Source: Candidatus Latescibacterota bacterium
GTDB taxonomy: Bacteria; Latescibacterota; UBA2968; GCA-2709665
DNA length: 64,000 bases
Assembly (NCBI GenBank): GCA_965219455.1
Contig: OZ244744.1
Span: forward strand, 1,216,001 to 1,280,000
Direction of reading: 5' to 3'
Shown: positions 61,909 through 64,000 of the stretch, one piece after another
How the letters are laid out: each line of letters opens with the position of its first letter
How positions within the stretch are numbered: the first letter of the stretch is position 1
Notes under the pieces: generated by a model
Told to the model about the DNA's origin: nothing
The model's input: the letters and a program-made list of their open reading frames with translations, nothing else
Databases searched by the model: none
Translations under genes and position numbers: made by a program

Positions 61909-63999
61909 TCACTCACCCCCGCCCGCCGCCACGGCCGGTTGGCGTTGGCCGCCGGACCGGACCGATGGTCGATTCCCTGTGGCCGGCGAGCGGCGCTTGG
62001 CCGACGCCCGTCTCTTTTTGACCAGCGCCGTATCCAGCACCTTGTCCATGTGGTCGGCGAACACCAGCTTCACGTCCTTTCGAATGGTATCAGGCACCTC
62101 CTCCAGGTCCTTCCGGTTTTTTTCGGGCAGGATCACCGTGCGGATGCCCGCACGGTGCGCCGCCAATATCTTGTCCCGCACGCCGCCAACCGGTAACACC
62201 TTGCCGCGCAACGTGATCTCGCCGGTCATCGCTACGTCTTTTCGAACGGGCCGGCCGGTAAAGACCGACACAAGCACGGCCGCCATCGTAATCCCCGCGG
62301 ATGGGCCGTCTTTGGGCACCGCTCCCGCGGGAACGTGAACGTGAACGTCCTTTTCTTCGCTGAATTTCTCCGGCAATCCCAGACCCTCCCACCGTGAGCG
62401 CACGTACGTCATCGCCGCCTGGGCGGACTCCTTCATCACGTCGCCCACCTGGCCGGTCAGGTTCAGATTCCCTGCGCCCGGCATCAGGGTGGCCTCCACG
62501 AACATCGCATCGCCGCCAGCATACGTCACGGCCAGGCCCGCCGCAACGCCCACTTCATCGTTGGCCTCGGCAATTTCATGATGGAATTGCCGGGGCCCCA
62601 GGTATTCGTGCAACTGCCGGGCATTCACCTTCACCTTTCGCTTCCGACCCTGTGCAAACCGGCGGGCCACCTTGCGGCAGAGTGTTCCCACCGCCCGCTC
62701 CAGATTCCGCAACCCCGCCTCGAGGGTGTAATATCGGATCAATCCGGTTAACGCCTCGTTGTCGATCTCCAGCCGCCCGGACGTCAACCCGTGCTCCTCG
62801 ATCTGCTTGGGCACCAGGTAGATGCGGGCGATCTGCAGCTTCTCCTGCTCGGTATATCCCGGCAGTTCCAGGACCTCCATGCGGTCCTGCAACGCGGGCG
62901 GAATCGTATGCAACGTGTTCGCGGTGGCAATGAACATAACCTGCGAGAGATCGAACGGCACGTCCAGATAATGATCCTCGAATCGGCAATTCTGCTCGGG
63001 GTCCAGCACCTCCAGCAACGCCGCCGACGGGTCTCCCCGGAAATCGGCGCCCAGTTTGTCGATCTCGTCCAGCATGAAAACCGGATTATTCGTACCTGCG
63101 CGGCGCAACCCCTGGATGATCCGACCCGGTAGGGCGCCGACGTACGTCCGCCGGTGGCCCCGCACCTCCGATTCGTCCCGCACGCCGCCCAGCGATATCC
63201 GGACAAAGGTGCGGTCCAGGGCACGCGCCACGGAACGGCCCAGCGACGTCTTCCCCGTACCCGGCGGACCCACCAGGCACAGGATCGGACCCCGCATGTC
63301 GTTCTTCAGCCCGCGCACCGCCAGATACTCCAGAATTCGGTCCTTTGGTTTCTCTATCCCGTAGTGGTCGTCATCCAGAATCTTCTGCGCCCGGTCAACG
63401 TCGATACGATCTTCGCTCGATTTGCTCCACGGCAGTTCGACCAGCCAGTCCAGATAGGTCCGCGACACGGTATATTCGGCGGACTCGCGGGCCATCTTTT
63501 CCATCCGCGAAAGCTCGCGCTCGGCCACCTTCCGCGCCTCGCCCGGCATGCCCGCGGCTTCGATTTTCCCGGCTAGCTCCTCGACCTCCTCGGCCTCGTC
63601 CTCGCCTTCGCCAAGTTCCTCGCGTATGGCCTTCAGTTGCTGTCGAAGGAAATATTCCCGCTGCGCCTCGTCCATCGAACCGGCCGCATCGCTCTGGATC
63701 TTCTGACGCAATTCCAGGATTTCCACCTCCCGCGTCAGGAACTTGTGAATCAGTTCCAACCTGAGTCTGAGATTGAGTTCAGACAACACCTCCTGCCGCT
63801 CCTCGAACCTAAGGTTGAACTGGGAAGCGATAAAATCCACCTTCTGTTCCTGTTCGGTCAGAGAATCCAGCGCCCCAATCAGCTCTTTGGGCACATTGGG
63901 CACCAATTCCATGGCCTTCTTAAACAGACCCATCACGTTCTGGGAGAGCGCCTCCAACTCGTTCGTCTTTTCCGCCCATTCTTCCAGCACCTTGACCCG
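61909..63999 (-). CDS. lon: ATP-dependent protease La; 5' end lies beyond the window
   Basis: GPPGTGKTS, HRRTYVGALPG, LDEIDK, PKDGPSAG and TGEITLRG...K. Confidence 0.97.
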   Translation of the reverse strand, partial: RVKVLEEWAEKTNELEALSQNVMGLFKKAMELVPNVPKELIGALDSLTEQEQKVDFIASQFNLRFEERQEVLSELNLRLRLELIHKFLTREVEILELRQKIQSDAAGSMDEAQREYFLRQQLKAIREELGEGEDEAEEVEELAGKIEAAGMPGEARKVAERELSRMEKMARESAEYTVSRTYLDWLVELPWSKSSEDRIDVDRAQKILDDDHYGIEKPKDRILEYLAVRGLKNDMRGPILCLVGPPGTGKTSLGRSVARALDRTFVRISLGGVRDESEVRGHRRTYVGALPGRIIQGLRRAGTNNPVFMLDEIDKLGADFRGDPSAALLEVLDPEQNCRFEDHYLDVPFDLSQVMFIATANTLHTIPPALQDRMEVLELPGYTEQEKLQIARIYLVPKQIEEHGLTSGRLEIDNEALTGLIRYYTLEAGLRNLERAVGTLCRKVARRFAQGRKRKVKVNARQLHEYLGPRQFHHEIAEANDEVGVAAGLAVTYAGGDAMFVEATLMPGAGNLNLTGQVGDVMKESAQAAMTYVRSRWEGLGLPEKFSEEKDVHVHVPAGAVPKDGPSAGITMAAVLVSVFTGRPVRKDVAMTGEITLRGKVLPVGGVRDKILAAHRAGIRTVILPEKNRKDLEEVPDTIRKDVKLVFADHMDKVLDTALVKKRRASAKRRSPATGNRPSVRSGGQRQPAVAAGGGE

Positions 64000-64000
64000 C

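Overview
GC-rich bacterial chromosome segment with two parts. (1) About 1-38.3 kb is mostly housekeeping and metabolic: a partial long RecQ-family helicase, pyrC, carA, rsfS, mtnA, a minus-strand catabolic cluster, aroC, mutY, two LolC/E-type permeases, rsgA, a MetE-like enzyme and an M32 carboxypeptidase. It also holds two genes absent from the ORF track: an Rdx/SelW-type selenoprotein (CxxU with a SECIS-like hairpin) and a 54-aa membrane peptide. (2) About 38.4-61.9 kb is an accessory island bounded by lon. It has an internally deleted IS256 element inside a FlgD/T9SS-type C-terminal-domain remnant, a WD40 protein, an AraC fragment, a TPR lipoprotein and a high-GC PhoX. It then carries a tandem array of five secreted genes. 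All five have a signal peptide, a dockerin-like double EF-hand and a HExxH zinc peptidase; four also have variable internalin-type LRRs and a leishmanolysin/M8-like peptidase. A conserved hairpin delimits the units, three boundaries carry the same truncated nucleotidyltransferase, and the four LRR genes show all four combinations of two 5' and two 3' module types, which suggests recombinational shuffling. The domain content resembles sponge-associated Latescibacterota/Gemmatimonadota-type symbionts; this is inference only. All calls come from reading motifs by eye; no searches were run.
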